DNA of 64,000 bases from an uncultured delta proteobacterium (GTDB lineage: Bacteria; Desulfobacterota; Desulfuromonadia; Geobacterales; DSM-12255), in contig CAWBBV010000016.1 in NCBI GenBank assembly GCA_963787125.1, forward strand, positions 128,001 through 192,000, in the 5' to 3' direction. Under the pieces are notes generated by a model. The model had not been told where the DNA came from, searched no databases, and saw nothing but the letters and a program-made list of their open reading frames with translations. Position numbers and translations under genes: made by a program. Below, one piece after another: positions 9,180 through 19,702 of this stretch; within the stretch, counting starts at the first letter, position 1, and each line of letters begins with the position of its first letter.

Positions 9180-9971
9180 TTATTTGCCCCACGCTGGCTC
9201 GCGTTTTTCCAGAAACGCGGTCAGCCCTTCCCGCCCTTCGGCAGAAGCGCGCCGTGCAGCAATCCGACCGGCAGTATCCTCAATGAGCGCGGCAGTGATC
9301 GGCTGGCCGCCAACCGCCCTAAGCAGATCTTTTGCTGCGGCCATTGCCTGGGGCCCGTTTTTGAGCAGCATCTCGGCAATTGTCAGCACGCGCAGCTGTA
9401 GCTCTTCCTCATCTTTGACAACTTCGTGCAACAGACCGAGCCGCTGGGCTTCGCCGGCGGTAAACAGCTCCGCTGTCTGAAAGTAGCGCCGGCAGGCCCG
9501 GGAGCCGATGGCTGCCGTGACATACGGAGAGATGACCGCCGGCATCAAACCGAGCTTCACTTCCGAGAGGCAGAACGTAGCCCGTGCCGTGGCAATGGCA
9601 ATGTCACAGCAGGCCACCAGACCGACCCCGCCGCCGTAGGCAGCCCCCTGTACCAGGGCGATGGTCGGTTTGGAAAGGCTGTCAAGGGTCTGCATCAGTT
9701 CTGCCAGGGCGCGGGCGTCGGCCAGATTCTGCTCCCTGGTATAATCGGCCATGCGCCGCATCCAGTTCAGGTCCGCCCCGGCGGAAAAACTCCTGCCGCT
9801 GCCGGTAAGAATCACGACCTTGACGCGATTATCGCTTCCGATACGTTTGAACACTGCCGTCAATTCAGCAATCAGCAGGTCATCAAAAGCGTTGTGAATC
9901 TCCGGCCGATTGAGGGTTACTGTTGCAATGCCGCGGTTATCTATAGTTGTAAGAATTGTCGATAAACTCAT
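9180..9971 (-). CDS. liuC: Methylglutaconyl-CoA hydratase (crotonase family)
   Basis: LNRPEIHNAF, FSAGADL and GGGVGL motifs; lies between the carboxylase subunits. Confidence 0.88.
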   Translation of the reverse strand: MSLSTILTTIDNRGIATVTLNRPEIHNAFDDLLIAELTAVFKRIGSDNRVKVVILTGSGRSFSAGADLNWMRRMADYTREQNLADARALAELMQTLDSLSKPTIALVQGAAYGGGVGLVACCDIAIATARATFCLSEVKLGLMPAVISPYVTAAIGSRACRRYFQTAELFTAGEAQRLGLLHEVVKDEEELQLRVLTIAEMLLKNGPQAMAAAKDLLRAVGGQPITAALIEDTAGRIAARRASAEGREGLTAFLEKREPAWGK

Positions 9972-10012
9972 AATTAATTTTCCTGTGGCATGTTTATATT
10001 AGCAAAACCTTA

Positions 10013-10132
10013 ATAGAACGCGGATGACGCGGATCTAACGGATTTTCGCGGACTATTCTCTCGGTAGAGTCTGAACCATATTGCTTTAAAAATCCGTGCA
10101 GATCCGCTCTATCCGCGTCATCCGCGTTCTAT
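10013..10132. repeat. Intergenic 9-mer-based palindrome
   Basis: Perfect 22-bp inverted repeat ATAGAACGCGGATGACGCGGAT / ATCCGCGTCATCCGCGTTCTAT. Confidence 0.88.
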
Positions 10133-10141
10133 GTCCATTCC

Positions 10142-11749
10142 CTACATCCGGAAAATCCCGAATTCCGTTTTCTCTTTCGGCGCATTCATCGACGCCGAGA
10201 TTGCCAGCCCCAGAACCATGCGGGTGTCAGCCGGATCGATAATGCCGTCGTCCCAGAGCCGCGCCGAGGCATAGTAGGGGTGCCCCTGGAGTTCGTACTG
10301 ATCACTGATCGGCGTCTTGAAGGCGAGCTCGTCCTCTTTGCTCCAGCTTTTCCCCTGCAGCTCAAGGCCGTCGCGCTTCACCTGGGCAAGAACACTGGCG
10401 GCCTGCTCCCCCCCCATAACCGAAATCCGGGCATTCGGCCACATCCACAAGAAGCGGGGTGAATAGGCCCGGCCGCACATGCCGTAATTACCGGCGCCGA
10501 AACTGCCCCCGATCAGGACCGTGAATTTGGGGACTGCGGCGCAGGCAACTGCGGTGACCATCTTGGCGCCATCCCTGGCGATACCTCCGGCTTCGTATTT
10601 ACTCCCGACCATGAAGCCGGAGATGTTCTGCAGGAAAATCAGCGGAATCCCCCGCTGGCTGCAAAGCTCGATGAAATGGGTCCCTTTCAGGGCCGACTCG
10701 GAGAAGAGAATACCGTTATTGGCGACAATGCCGACCGGATACCCCCAGATATGGGCGAACGCGCAGACCAGAGTCGTGCCGTAGAGCTGCTTGAACTCGT
10801 CGAACTCCGAACCGTCCACAATTCTGGCAATGATTTCACGGACATCGTACGGTTTTTTTGTATCGGTGGGGATGATCCCATAAAGCTCAGAGGGGTCATA
10901 GGCCGGCTCCAGCGGCTCTTTCAGCGCTAATGTCGGGATCTTGGTGCGGTTCAGATTGCCGACTATCCGGCGGGCAATGGCCAGCGCATGACTGTCATCA
11001 GCGGCATAGTGGTCGGTGACTCCGGAGGTACGGCAGTGGACATCTGCTCCGCCCAAATCCTCGGCACTGACAACCTCGCCGGTGGCAGCCTTGACCAGCG
11101 GCGGCCCGGCCAGAAAGATGGTCCCCTGATTGCGGACAATGATGCTTTCATCCGACATGGCCGGAACATAAGCACCGCCAGCCGTGCAGGAGCCCATGAC
11201 AACGGCGACCTGCGGTATTCCCATGCCGGACATGGTGGCCTGATTGAAGAAAATTCTGCCGAAATGGTCACGATCCGGAAATACTTCATCCTGCCTGGGG
11301 AGAAAAGCCCCGCCGGAATCGACCAGGTAGATGCAGGGGAGCCGGTTCTCACGGGCGATCTCCTGAGCACGCAGGTGCTTTTTGACGGTCACCGGATAAT
11401 AGGTCCCGCCTTTGACAGTGGCATCATTAGCCACGATCATGCACTCCACCCCCCGCACCCTGCCAATGCCGGTGATTATCCCGGCGGCAGGCACATCATC
11501 GCCGTACAGGTTCCAGGCGGCGAACTGGGAAAGCTCAAGAAAAGGGGAGCCGACATCCAGGAGCTGCCTGATCCGCTCTCGCGGCAGGAGCTTGCCCCGC
11601 TCGATATGCTTCTTTCTGGCTTTTTCATCGCCACCCTGAGTTATTACCGCCGCCTTTTCCCGCAGATCTGCAACCAGGGCGGTCATGACTTCAGCATTGC
11701 GCTTGAACTCTGCAGAAGCGCTGTTTATGGTCGTTTTGTATGTGGGCAT
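10142..11749 (-). CDS. liuB: 3-methylcrotonyl-CoA carboxylase, carboxyltransferase (beta) subunit
   Basis: [18 protein letters not shown] and [13 protein letters not shown] motifs; start placed at MPTYK after SD AAGGA. Confidence 0.94.
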   Translation of the reverse strand: MPTYKTTINSASAEFKRNAEVMTALVADLREKAAVITQGGDEKARKKHIERGKLLPRERIRQLLDVGSPFLELSQFAAWNLYGDDVPAAGIITGIGRVRGVECMIVANDATVKGGTYYPVTVKKHLRAQEIARENRLPCIYLVDSGGAFLPRQDEVFPDRDHFGRIFFNQATMSGMGIPQVAVVMGSCTAGGAYVPAMSDESIIVRNQGTIFLAGPPLVKAATGEVVSAEDLGGADVHCRTSGVTDHYAADDSHALAIARRIVGNLNRTKIPTLALKEPLEPAYDPSELYGIIPTDTKKPYDVREIIARIVDGSEFDEFKQLYGTTLVCAFAHIWGYPVGIVANNGILFSESALKGTHFIELCSQRGIPLIFLQNISGFMVGSKYEAGGIARDGAKMVTAVACAAVPKFTVLIGGSFGAGNYGMCGRAYSPRFLWMWPNARISVMGGEQAASVLAQVKRDGLELQGKSWSKEDELAFKTPISDQYELQGHPYYASARLWDDGIIDPADTRMVLGLAISASMNAPKEKTEFGIFRM

Positions 11750-11762
11750 CGGTATTCCTTCA

Positions 11763-11820
11763 GGAAAAGGTAGAGGTAGAGGCAAAAAACTTCTTTACCT
11801 TTTCCTTTACCTCTACCTGC
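11763..11820. repeat. Intergenic hairpin of 6-mer AGGTAG/CTACCT repeats
   Basis: AAAGGTAGAGGTAGAGGCAAA followed by TTTACCTTTTCCTTTACCTCTACCTGCC. Confidence 0.7.
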
Positions 11821-11823
11821 CTT

Positions 11824-12990
11824 TCACATGGTTTCATTAAACAGCTCGCGACCTATCAGCATCCGCCTGATCTCGCTGGTTCCCGCACCTATCTCGTAAA
11901 GTTTGGCATCCCGAAGTAGCCGCCCGGTCGAACATTCATTAACATAACCGCTGCCGCCAAGACACTGAATCGCCTCCAGCGCCATCCAGGTCGCCTTTTC
12001 CGCAGCGTAGAGAATTGCGCCGGCAGCGTCCTTGCGCAGGCTGTTCTTGCGGCTGCACGCTTTGGCGACCGCGTAGACATAGGCACGACAGGCGTTCATG
12101 GTGCTGTACATATCGGCCAGTTTCCCCTGCATCAACTGGAATTCACCGATGGAACGACCAAACTGTTTCCGTTCATGAATATAGGGGAGCACCACATCCA
12201 TGCAGGCCTGCATGATCCCCAGGGGGCCACCGGCCAAAACTGCCCGTTCAAAGTCAAGGCCGCTCATCAACACTTTTACCCCTTCCCCGACCTCGCCGAC
12301 CACATTCTCTTCCGGCACTTCGCACTGGTCGAAAATCAGTTCGCAGGTGTCGGAGCCGCGCATCCCGAGTTTATCCAGCTTCTGGGCGGTGGAGAAACCG
12401 GGAAATTCTTTCTCCACCAGAAAGGCCGTAATCCCTTTGGAACCGGCATTCGGATCGGTTTTGGCGTAGACCAGCAGGACCGAGGCGTGGGGGCCGTTGG
12501 TAATCCACATCTTTGTCCCGCTAAGGATATAGCGATCACCGCGCTTTTCCGCCCGCAGCCTCATACTGACAACATCTGACCCGGAACCGGCCTCGCTCAT
12601 GGCCAGCGCCCCTACATGCTCGCCGCTGACAAGCTTGGGCAGATAGCGACTTTTCTGGTCGTCATTACCGTTCTTGAAGATCTGGTTGATACAGAGATTG
12701 GAGTGAGCGCCGTATGAAAGGCCGACAGAAGCGGATGCCCGGCTGATCTCCTCCATAGCGACAACATGCTCGATGTAACTCATGCCGGCCCCGCCATACT
12801 CCTCCGAAACCGTGATGCCGTGCAGACCGAGCTCTCCCATTTTCGGCCAGAGGTCGATGGGAAAGCGGTTTGCCTGGTCAATCTCCACCGCGCGCGGCGC
12901 TATCTCCCTGTCAGCAAAATCCCTGACCGTTTCCCGCAACAGATCAACTGTTTCTCCAAGCTCGAAATTAAGTGTCGGGTACGCTCTCAT
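11824..12990 (-). CDS. liuA: Isovaleryl-CoA dehydrogenase
   Basis: [29 protein letters not shown] and [12 protein letters not shown] motifs. Confidence 0.95.
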   Translation of the reverse strand: MRAYPTLNFELGETVDLLRETVRDFADREIAPRAVEIDQANRFPIDLWPKMGELGLHGITVSEEYGGAGMSYIEHVVAMEEISRASASVGLSYGAHSNLCINQIFKNGNDDQKSRYLPKLVSGEHVGALAMSEAGSGSDVVSMRLRAEKRGDRYILSGTKMWITNGPHASVLLVYAKTDPNAGSKGITAFLVEKEFPGFSTAQKLDKLGMRGSDTCELIFDQCEVPEENVVGEVGEGVKVLMSGLDFERAVLAGGPLGIMQACMDVVLPYIHERKQFGRSIGEFQLMQGKLADMYSTMNACRAYVYAVAKACSRKNSLRKDAAGAILYAAEKATWMALEAIQCLGGSGYVNECSTGRLLRDAKLYEIGAGTSEIRRMLIGRELFNETM

Positions 12991-13007
12991 AGATATTCCT
13001 CCATTTC

Positions 13008-13820
13008 CTACTCGCCGCTATAAAGGCCTTTGCGCTTTTCAAGAAAGGCGTTTACTGCCTCGGCATGATCCACGGTATGATGACAAACCGCCTGAAAGTT
13101 AGACGATATATCGAGGAAATCGGCAAGATCCGAGCGCTGGGCAAGCTTCAGCAAACGCTTGGTAAGGCGCAGTGCGCTTGGCGGTTTGGCGGCAATCTCC
13201 GTTGCAAGAGCAGTTGCGGCTTCAAGCAGCTTTTCATGGGGGACGACTTCCAGAAAAATGCCCAGCCTGAGCGCTTCGTCCGCCTTTACCAGCCGACCGG
13301 TAAAGGCGAGCTCGGCCGCCCTCTGATAGCCGATCAAACGCTGCAAAAACCAGGCGCCGCCGTCACCGGGGATAATCCCCAGGTTGATGAAGGTCTCCCC
13401 CAGCAGCGCTTTTTCAGAGCCGATGCGCAGATCACACATACTGGCAAGGTCGAAACCGGCGCCGATCGCCGCGCCGTTTACTGCGGCAATAATTGGATAA
13501 TCAGCCCTGCTGATAGCCAGGGGCATCTGCTGGATCCCCCGGCGGTAGCGCTCCTGAATCGCCACCGGACTCCCGGCAAACGTCCCGCTTTTCTCCTGCA
13601 TCTCCTTGACATTGCCCCCGGAAGAGAAAGCCGCACCGGCGCCGGTAAGGATGAGAACACTGACGGCGCTACTGGCGTTGCACCACTCAACAACGCTGAC
13701 GATATCATCCACAAGAGCTGTTCCGGTCAGCGCATTACGGACGTCATCACGATTAAAGGTGAGGATGGCGACTCTCTCTTTCAGCTCAAAAATGGAGTCA
13801 GTAACTTGGGGAAGATTCAT
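13008..13820 (-). CDS. Enoyl-CoA hydratase/isomerase
   Basis: [16 protein letters not shown] and GIIPGDGG motifs. Confidence 0.9.
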   Translation of the reverse strand: MNLPQVTDSIFELKERVAILTFNRDDVRNALTGTALVDDIVSVVEWCNASSAVSVLILTGAGAAFSSGGNVKEMQEKSGTFAGSPVAIQERYRRGIQQMPLAISRADYPIIAAVNGAAIGAGFDLASMCDLRIGSEKALLGETFINLGIIPGDGGAWFLQRLIGYQRAAELAFTGRLVKADEALRLGIFLEVVPHEKLLEAATALATEIAAKPPSALRLTKRLLKLAQRSDLADFLDISSNFQAVCHHTVDHAEAVNAFLEKRKGLYSGE

Positions 13821-13863
13821 GATTGATCCTTTCGCTAAACTTATGTTTCACAATAATAAACCA

Positions 13864-13881
13864 GTTTACGTACAAGTCAAC
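13864..13881 (-). promoter_or_regulatory. LiuR-like (MerR family) operator overlapping the -35 TTGACT
   Basis: GTTGACTTGTACGTAAAC upstream of the liu operon, resembling the TTKACGTWWACGTAAA-type LiuR palindrome. Confidence 0.65.
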
Positions 13882-14163
13882 TTATTTATAACACTATTAT
13901 ACTAACACGGGATTAATTTTCACAAAGCATCTTTTCGGACACTTCCAGAAAGAATGCCTGTCAAGATAACACCCAAAACACTGGGAACGCCACGGGGTCA
14001 CGCCGGAATGTTGTTTCAGGAACACGCTGTTTTAGCCATAAGCCACAAAATATACTGACGGCTTATTTGCCTCACGACCACCAGTACTCATTTGACTTGC
14101 ATACGCGGTAACATTATGAGAAAACAACGGCTATTTTATTACATGAAACATTGGGAGAACATT

Positions 14164-15171
14164 ATGGATGGAATAAAAAGAATTCTGACCCTGCTCTTTG
14201 CCCTCGTGGCATTAATGAGCGGAACTGCTGCGGCTGAATCACCACAGTATTTCAACCTCTCCGGCGACCCGGCAAAACTTGTTGACCAATATTTGACCGT
14301 AAAAAAAGCTGACAAACTGAAAGGCGTCAAAAAGGTCGTTATTCCCCAGTTTATGGTGCAATTTTACACCATGAACTCTGGCGCTGCCTCCGCGTCCAAC
14401 GCTTCGAAAAACTCATCAGCGCTATCGGTAAGCTATACCCTGAAAAATGTCGAGCAGGCGCAGATGCAGGCTATTACCGACAAACTCTATGATCAGGTTG
14501 TAGCCGAATTCAAAAAGGCCGGGATCGAAGTAATTCCGGTTGAAGCGTACAAGCAGGACAAACCTTTCCAGAAACTTCTTGCCGACGCCAAAAAGACTCC
14601 TTTCGAGTCCAGCAAGTCTGACAGCATCTCATATTTTTTCGGCGCCAAAGGGTTGCCGGTCTACTTCGAAATGAACGATAAGCGTCTCCCTTTGGGCAAC
14701 ATGTTCGCCGCGCAGTTTTCCAATTTTGATCCGGAAAAGTGGGAAGAGCGGATCGGAGAGGATAAAGACGCCGCTGCTGTAATTATAAATTATGCGGTAA
14801 CGTTTGCTTTCATGGAAACAAAGGGCGGGTTTTGGGGGAAATCTGCCGAAGTTAATACCCAGCTGCTCGTCACGCTGATTCCCGAAGACACGAAATACAT
14901 CATCCGCAGCAAAAACGGCACAACCCGCTTTACGCTGAAGGAAGCCGTGTATGCTGATGGCAAGTTCTTTACGGATGTTACTGATGCCCTTCGTACTGAC
15001 GAAAAAGCAGCGAACGCTATCGGCGGCTTCCTGGGGGCATTAACCGGAACGAAGTCCAATACCAAAAAGTTCAACGCAAATGCTGACACGGCGACCTATG
15101 CCTCTTTGGTTGAAAAACATATTATGGCTATCGACTCCCTGATATTTTCACAAATGAAGGCGAACTTTTAG
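14164..15171 (+). CDS. Exported hypothetical protein
   Basis: Signal peptide KRILTLLFALVALMSGTAAA; SD GGAG before MDG; no family recognised. Confidence 0.8.
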   Translation: MDGIKRILTLLFALVALMSGTAAAESPQYFNLSGDPAKLVDQYLTVKKADKLKGVKKVVIPQFMVQFYTMNSGAASASNASKNSSALSVSYTLKNVEQAQMQAITDKLYDQVVAEFKKAGIEVIPVEAYKQDKPFQKLLADAKKTPFESSKSDSISYFFGAKGLPVYFEMNDKRLPLGNMFAAQFSNFDPEKWEERIGEDKDAAAVIINYAVTFAFMETKGGFWGKSAEVNTQLLVTLIPEDTKYIIRSKNGTTRFTLKEAVYADGKFFTDVTDALRTDEKAANAIGGFLGALTGTKSNTKKFNANADTATYASLVEKHIMAIDSLIFSQMKANF

Positions 15172-15230
15172 TAAGTTGCAAGTTATCACGGTTACCAGGA
15201 ACATTCCTTCGTAACGCTCAAAGCAAGATC

Positions 15231-15266
15231 AAAAAGAGGGCCGGTGCTGAACCGGCCCTCTTTTTT
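15231..15266. terminator. Bidirectional rho-independent terminator
   Basis: AAAAAGAGGGCCGGT-N5-ACCGGCCCTCTTTTTT between convergent genes. Confidence 0.9.
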
Positions 15267-15303
15267 GATGGTTATAATAGTAAAAAGTTCTGTCAGGGCA
15301 CCA

Positions 15304-16158
15304 TCACCTGTGCATAAAAGTGTTAACATCAGCCGGTCTGCCGACCATCCGGTAGATCTTGATGTCTTCCCACGGCTCATCAAGAATTGCGTTAAGAGAC
15401 AGCTCCTCCCACGGTTCATCAAGAATGCCGTCGTGAATCGCCCAGCTCCTGCCATGAACCGTCCGTTCCATTCCCGGCTGACGAAAAGGTGTCGAGCCGT
15501 CCATCTTTTTGAATAGTATCCCGCCGGGACGAAATTCCCGATCAATCTCCAGCATCATCCTCCGGCCGCTTAAGTAATCAAAGCCGTACCCTTCATAGCG
15601 CACGGCATTGTCGTAGGTGAGCGGCTCGGCGGTTATCATCTCCATGCCGAGGGAATCGACGAAGCGCTCAAACGTGTGGAAAAACTCACCGAACAGCCGC
15701 AACCCCCGACTGGTCTGGTTGGGATAGAGTCCGGCGCGCATCGCCAGTATCTCAGCCGGAATATTGCGGCCCAGGGTGCAGAAACAGTTATCGTTGCCGC
15801 GTTCGTCCAGATCGACGTCAAATCTTGGGGCATGGGGGTCGTTGATAATGCAGAGGGAGAGTTCCATCTGACTGTAATGGGTTTCGGCAATATCGAGGAA
15901 AAAGACTGTGCGGCGGTCAAGAGGATCGTCCCGCACCTCAATCCTGGCGAGACTCATCCCCTCCGGCGCAATTATCTTCACCCTGCCGACTACATCCCCT
16001 GTCGGAGGGATCTCAAGGAGCTGCAGCAGGCGCAAGGGGATAAGGCGCCGATAAATATCGTCCTTTTCTCCGGCAGAAAGGGCGTTGATATGGGTCAGCG
16101 CGGAGAGCTGGCACCCTCCGGCTGAAGTTAGCGGTCTGTTGTCAGGCAGTCTCGGCAT
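15304..16158 (-). CDS. Conserved hypothetical protein, possibly GNAT-like
   Basis: 284-aa ORF with QTSRGLRLF and YDNAVRYEGYGF motifs, reminiscent of GNAT motifs A and B. Confidence 0.75.
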   Translation of the reverse strand: MPRLPDNRPLTSAGGCQLSALTHINALSAGEKDDIYRRLIPLRLLQLLEIPPTGDVVGRVKIIAPEGMSLARIEVRDDPLDRRTVFFLDIAETHYSQMELSLCIINDPHAPRFDVDLDERGNDNCFCTLGRNIPAEILAMRAGLYPNQTSRGLRLFGEFFHTFERFVDSLGMEMITAEPLTYDNAVRYEGYGFDYLSGRRMMLEIDREFRPGGILFKKMDGSTPFRQPGMERTVHGRSWAIHDGILDEPWEELSLNAILDEPWEDIKIYRMVGRPADVNTFMHR

Positions 16159-16231
16159 GGATTAATCGTACCATGAAAACCGGGGAGTGAAAAATATTTC
16201 GGTATTATCAAAACAGAGTAACAAACCATTT

Positions 16232-16324
16232 GCCACGGATGTCACGGATTTTCACGGATAACACCTCAAAACATAATGCAATTACGATTGCTTCTCATCC
16301 GTGTTAATCCGTGTAATCCGTGGC
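16232..16324. repeat. Intergenic 9-mer-based palindrome
   Basis: CACGGAT three times opposite ATCCGTG three times. Confidence 0.85.
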
Positions 16325-16345
16325 TAAAGGTCTTTATATCCACAG

Positions 16346-16885
16346 CTACTCTTCAACTGTAAACTCCCAGGCGCACCAGTATACATCCGGGTGCCTGTCA
16401 GGCGGGCAGGCAAGGCATTTTGTGGTTATCCGTGGATCAACAGCCCTGGCAAATTCCGAATATTCCACAATGCCGACACTCTTGCAGGGGAAATCGTCCA
16501 GGCCTTTGCGCTTGCGGGCGGACTGGACACGGCAGTCGAGCATTCTGAAAACAACCCGTTTTTCGCTCTGCTCAACAACATCCTGCAGGTTGAGCCGTGC
16601 ATAAAGCCGGTGTTTGAGGCATTCCACCAGGGCCGGGATACCGCCGCCCGGTTTGATTTTAAGCCGCTCCATGATCCGCTTGGCCTCAATGACAGTAAAA
16701 TAACGCCACGCTTCACGATCGGCATCCATCGCTACATCCATGCCGTACATCTTCTCAACCGCCTGAAACCAGAGGCCGTCATGGGCAAGCCAGTTTTTGG
16801 CATCATCCACAATGACCGCTATCAGCTCTTCTTTACTCATACTCTCCAGAACCCGGAGACCTTCATCACCTTTTTGTCCTGACAT
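16346..16885 (-). CDS. DUF6125-like protein (Cys-containing, V4R/HNOB-like)
   Basis: WLAHDGLWF, CRVQSARKRKG, PCKSVG and C.ACPPD...WCAWEF motifs. Confidence 0.75.
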   Translation of the reverse strand: MSGQKGDEGLRVLESMSKEELIAVIVDDAKNWLAHDGLWFQAVEKMYGMDVAMDADREAWRYFTVIEAKRIMERLKIKPGGGIPALVECLKHRLYARLNLQDVVEQSEKRVVFRMLDCRVQSARKRKGLDDFPCKSVGIVEYSEFARAVDPRITTKCLACPPDRHPDVYWCAWEFTVEE

Positions 16886-16916
16886 GCTTTATACCTCCTT
16901 AAACCAAAAACGGCAG

Positions 16917-17052
16917 TTGACCGCAGATAAAGGCCGATAACTGCGGATAAGACCTGAAAAATTCCAAAGATGGCTTTCACTAATACGGTTAAGTGATTTT
17001 TGCTTTTATGTTCTTGATTTATCCGTGTCCATCTGTGTGCATCCGTGGCTAA
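16917..17052. repeat. Degenerate intergenic 9/10-mer palindrome
   Basis: CGCAGATAA/GCCGATAA/GCGGATAA opposite ATCCGTGTCCATCTGTGTGCATCCGTGG. Confidence 0.65.
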
Positions 17053-17141
17053 ATGCTTTTTTTAAGGTTAAATGGTCACCCTCTGCGGCGTCCCGCAGAG
17101 AGTGATATTCACACGGGAGAATATCCCCATGGCAGACATAA

Positions 17142-19133
17142 TCAGTGATCCGACGCCTTTGAAATCCCGAGGCCGGTAATCTGCCGCACCTCAATCTCAT
17201 CAAACATCTCCTCGGCGCGTCGATCCCTGAAGAGCAGTGTTCCAACTATTGCGGCAAAAAGTCCGAGTGGTACAGAGACAATGCCGGGGTTTTTCAGCGG
17301 GAAAATCGGGGCTTTCAGCCCAACCATTGAGGTGCCGCCATCATTTTTCTTGAAATCGCCATTGGCTTTCTCGAGCACCTTCAGATCTTTTTCTAAAAGC
17401 ACAACCCCTTCAGCCTGCTTTTTCTCCAGCGTCACTATCATCTTTTTGGCATCATCGGCGATTTTCTGCGGATAGGTCATGACCGGTGAAATAACCACCA
17501 ATCCCAGAGCTGAAATTGTACCGACTAAAAGTGCAGAGATTACTCCGGCAGTATTGAAGCGTTTCCAGAAAAGCGACAGCATGACTGCCGGGAAATTACC
17601 CGAGGCTGCCACCGCAAAAGCCAGCGCGACCAGGGCAACGACGTTCTCTTTTTCAGCTGCCAGTCCCATCACGATCGCCGCAACCCCGACAAACAGAGAC
17701 GTGATCCGGGCGACTTTAATCTGGGTCTGCTGATCCGCCTTCCCATCCATGACGATATTTACGTACACATCGTGAGCAATAGCTGCCGAAGCCGCCAGCA
17801 CGAGTCCGGAGACAACCGCCAGAATCGTGGCAAAGGCTACCGCGCAGATAAAGGCCAGGAACATGTCACCACCCAGGCTGCCGGCACCGCCGCCCAGGAG
17901 CTGAGCCAGCAGCAGGGTCGCCATGTTGCCACCCTTGTCAACCGAGCTGATCAGCTGGGGTGAGAGATACAGTGCTGCTCCGAAACCGATGATATTGATG
18001 AGGAAGAAGAAGCTGCTGTTGATGAACAGCGCGATAACAATGGATTTACGCGCCTCTTTGGCGCTGGGGACGGTAAAGAAGCGCATGAGGATGTGGGGAA
18101 GACCGGCCGCTCCCAGAGCCCAGGCAATGCCGAGAGAGATCTGGTCGAGAGGATTTTTAAGAAACAGGCCCGGCTCCATGAAGCGCTGGCCGTAGTCAAA
18201 GCCCGGTTTTGGCAGCGCATCTTTGAGGACACTTATACGGATGTGATCCTGAATGAGCTGATTACCGACGATATCATTGAAAAAACCGATGGGATTCATC
18301 CCTGACTTGAGCATTACCAGCAGCGCCAACAGCACGGTACCACTCATCAAAAGCCCTGCCTTGATGATCTGTACCCAGGTAGTCGCCTTCATTCCGCCGA
18401 AAACAACGTATCCAACCATCAGCACACCGACACCGATAACAGAGACTTTATAGGGGATATCCAGCAGCACCTGCATCAGTTTACCGGCGCCAACCATCTG
18501 GGCGATCAGGTAAAAAAGCGACACGGTAACGGTGGAGAGGGCCGCCACGGCGCGCACCGGTTTTGGAGATGTCCGGAAGGAGAGGATATCTCCCAGGGTA
18601 AACTTGCCGGCATTGCGGCACGGCTCGGCAATCACCAGCAGGATGGCGATAAACGAAAACATTGGGCCGACGGCGTACATGAAGCCGTCGATGCCGTACA
18701 GTGATATCAGGCCTGACATGCCGAGAAAAGAGGCAGCAGACATGTAGTCACCGGCGATGGCCCAGCCGTTCTGCAGGCCGGTGATGCCGCCACCGGCAGT
18801 GTAGAAATCAGAGGCCGATTTAGTCTGCCTGGCTGCCCAGACAACAACACACAGGGTAATGCCGATAATCATCATGAACATGCTGATGGTAATGGCACGG
18901 TTCGGTTTGACCTTGGTAGGTACACCTGAGACAGGCGCCGGACTGGCTGCGGCGGGCGGCGTGGCAACCACGGCTGCAGGCTGGTTCTGTGCGGATGCGG
19001 TTGCCTGCTGTGCAGCCGGGATTGCCGGTGCCGCTACAGTTGTTTGTGCCGTCGAATTAGCCGGCTCTGCGGTAAACCCGACCGTAGTCAGTGTGAGTGT
19101 TAGCAGCAATGCTGATATAATCTTAGTAAACAT
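17142..19133 (-). CDS. actP: Cation/acetate (monocarboxylate) symporter
   Basis: AIAGDYMSAASFLG, GMKATTWVQIIKA and GLPHILMRFF motifs; adjacent DUF485 gene. Confidence 0.92.
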   Translation of the reverse strand: MFTKIISALLLTLTLTTVGFTAEPANSTAQTTVAAPAIPAAQQATASAQNQPAAVVATPPAAASPAPVSGVPTKVKPNRAITISMFMMIIGITLCVVVWAARQTKSASDFYTAGGGITGLQNGWAIAGDYMSAASFLGMSGLISLYGIDGFMYAVGPMFSFIAILLVIAEPCRNAGKFTLGDILSFRTSPKPVRAVAALSTVTVSLFYLIAQMVGAGKLMQVLLDIPYKVSVIGVGVLMVGYVVFGGMKATTWVQIIKAGLLMSGTVLLALLVMLKSGMNPIGFFNDIVGNQLIQDHIRISVLKDALPKPGFDYGQRFMEPGLFLKNPLDQISLGIAWALGAAGLPHILMRFFTVPSAKEARKSIVIALFINSSFFFLINIIGFGAALYLSPQLISSVDKGGNMATLLLAQLLGGGAGSLGGDMFLAFICAVAFATILAVVSGLVLAASAAIAHDVYVNIVMDGKADQQTQIKVARITSLFVGVAAIVMGLAAEKENVVALVALAFAVAASGNFPAVMLSLFWKRFNTAGVISALLVGTISALGLVVISPVMTYPQKIADDAKKMIVTLEKKQAEGVVLLEKDLKVLEKANGDFKKNDGGTSMVGLKAPIFPLKNPGIVSVPLGLFAAIVGTLLFRDRRAEEMFDEIEVRQITGLGISKASDH

Positions 19134-19147
19134 CTGTCCTCGCCTCC

Positions 19148-19456
19148 TTATTGAATTTCTCTGACAAGTTCGTCAGTCAGTCGGTCAAAATCTCTGTTAG
19201 CAATCTTCGTGTAGTACATGGCAACAAAGATCGCCACCATGAATTGCGACAGAATAAACAGGTAGCCGAAATTAATCGCCCCCAGCAGTTTGATTTTAAA
19301 AAGTGCCGGAAAATAGCCGGCAAGCAGCGGCAATGAAAAGTAATACACCGACGCAGCAATCCACCAACCGAACAGAAACGTCCTCTTCTTGCTCTTTAGC
19401 TCCAGATACTTGGGATGTTTTGCAATCTCGCTCCAGTTGTACTCCTTGACAGCCAT
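19148..19456 (-). CDS. DUF485 membrane protein (YjcH-like)
   Basis: Two TM segments and an ANRDFD motif; precedes actP; SD AGGAGG. Confidence 0.88.
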   Translation of the reverse strand: MAVKEYNWSEIAKHPKYLELKSKKRTFLFGWWIAASVYYFSLPLLAGYFPALFKIKLLGAINFGYLFILSQFMVAIFVAMYYTKIANRDFDRLTDELVREIQ

Positions 19457-19702
19457 ACCCTCCTCCTTTTGAACTGTTATTTGCTTAATCACTGCGATGC
19501 AGTATCAGAACAACGTCATTTGATTTTAAGATCTGTCAGCTGTTGCAGCCAGGCAGTAACAGCCGGGTCGTGGTCAGCACGCTATCATTACGTTCAAGGT
19601 AAGCATTGATTGCATAAATCTTTAGTTTTCAACATGCTGATATAATGTATCTTTTAGCAATCGTGCCTTGAATCAACTTCTTTTATGAAGAAAATATCTT
19701 AC

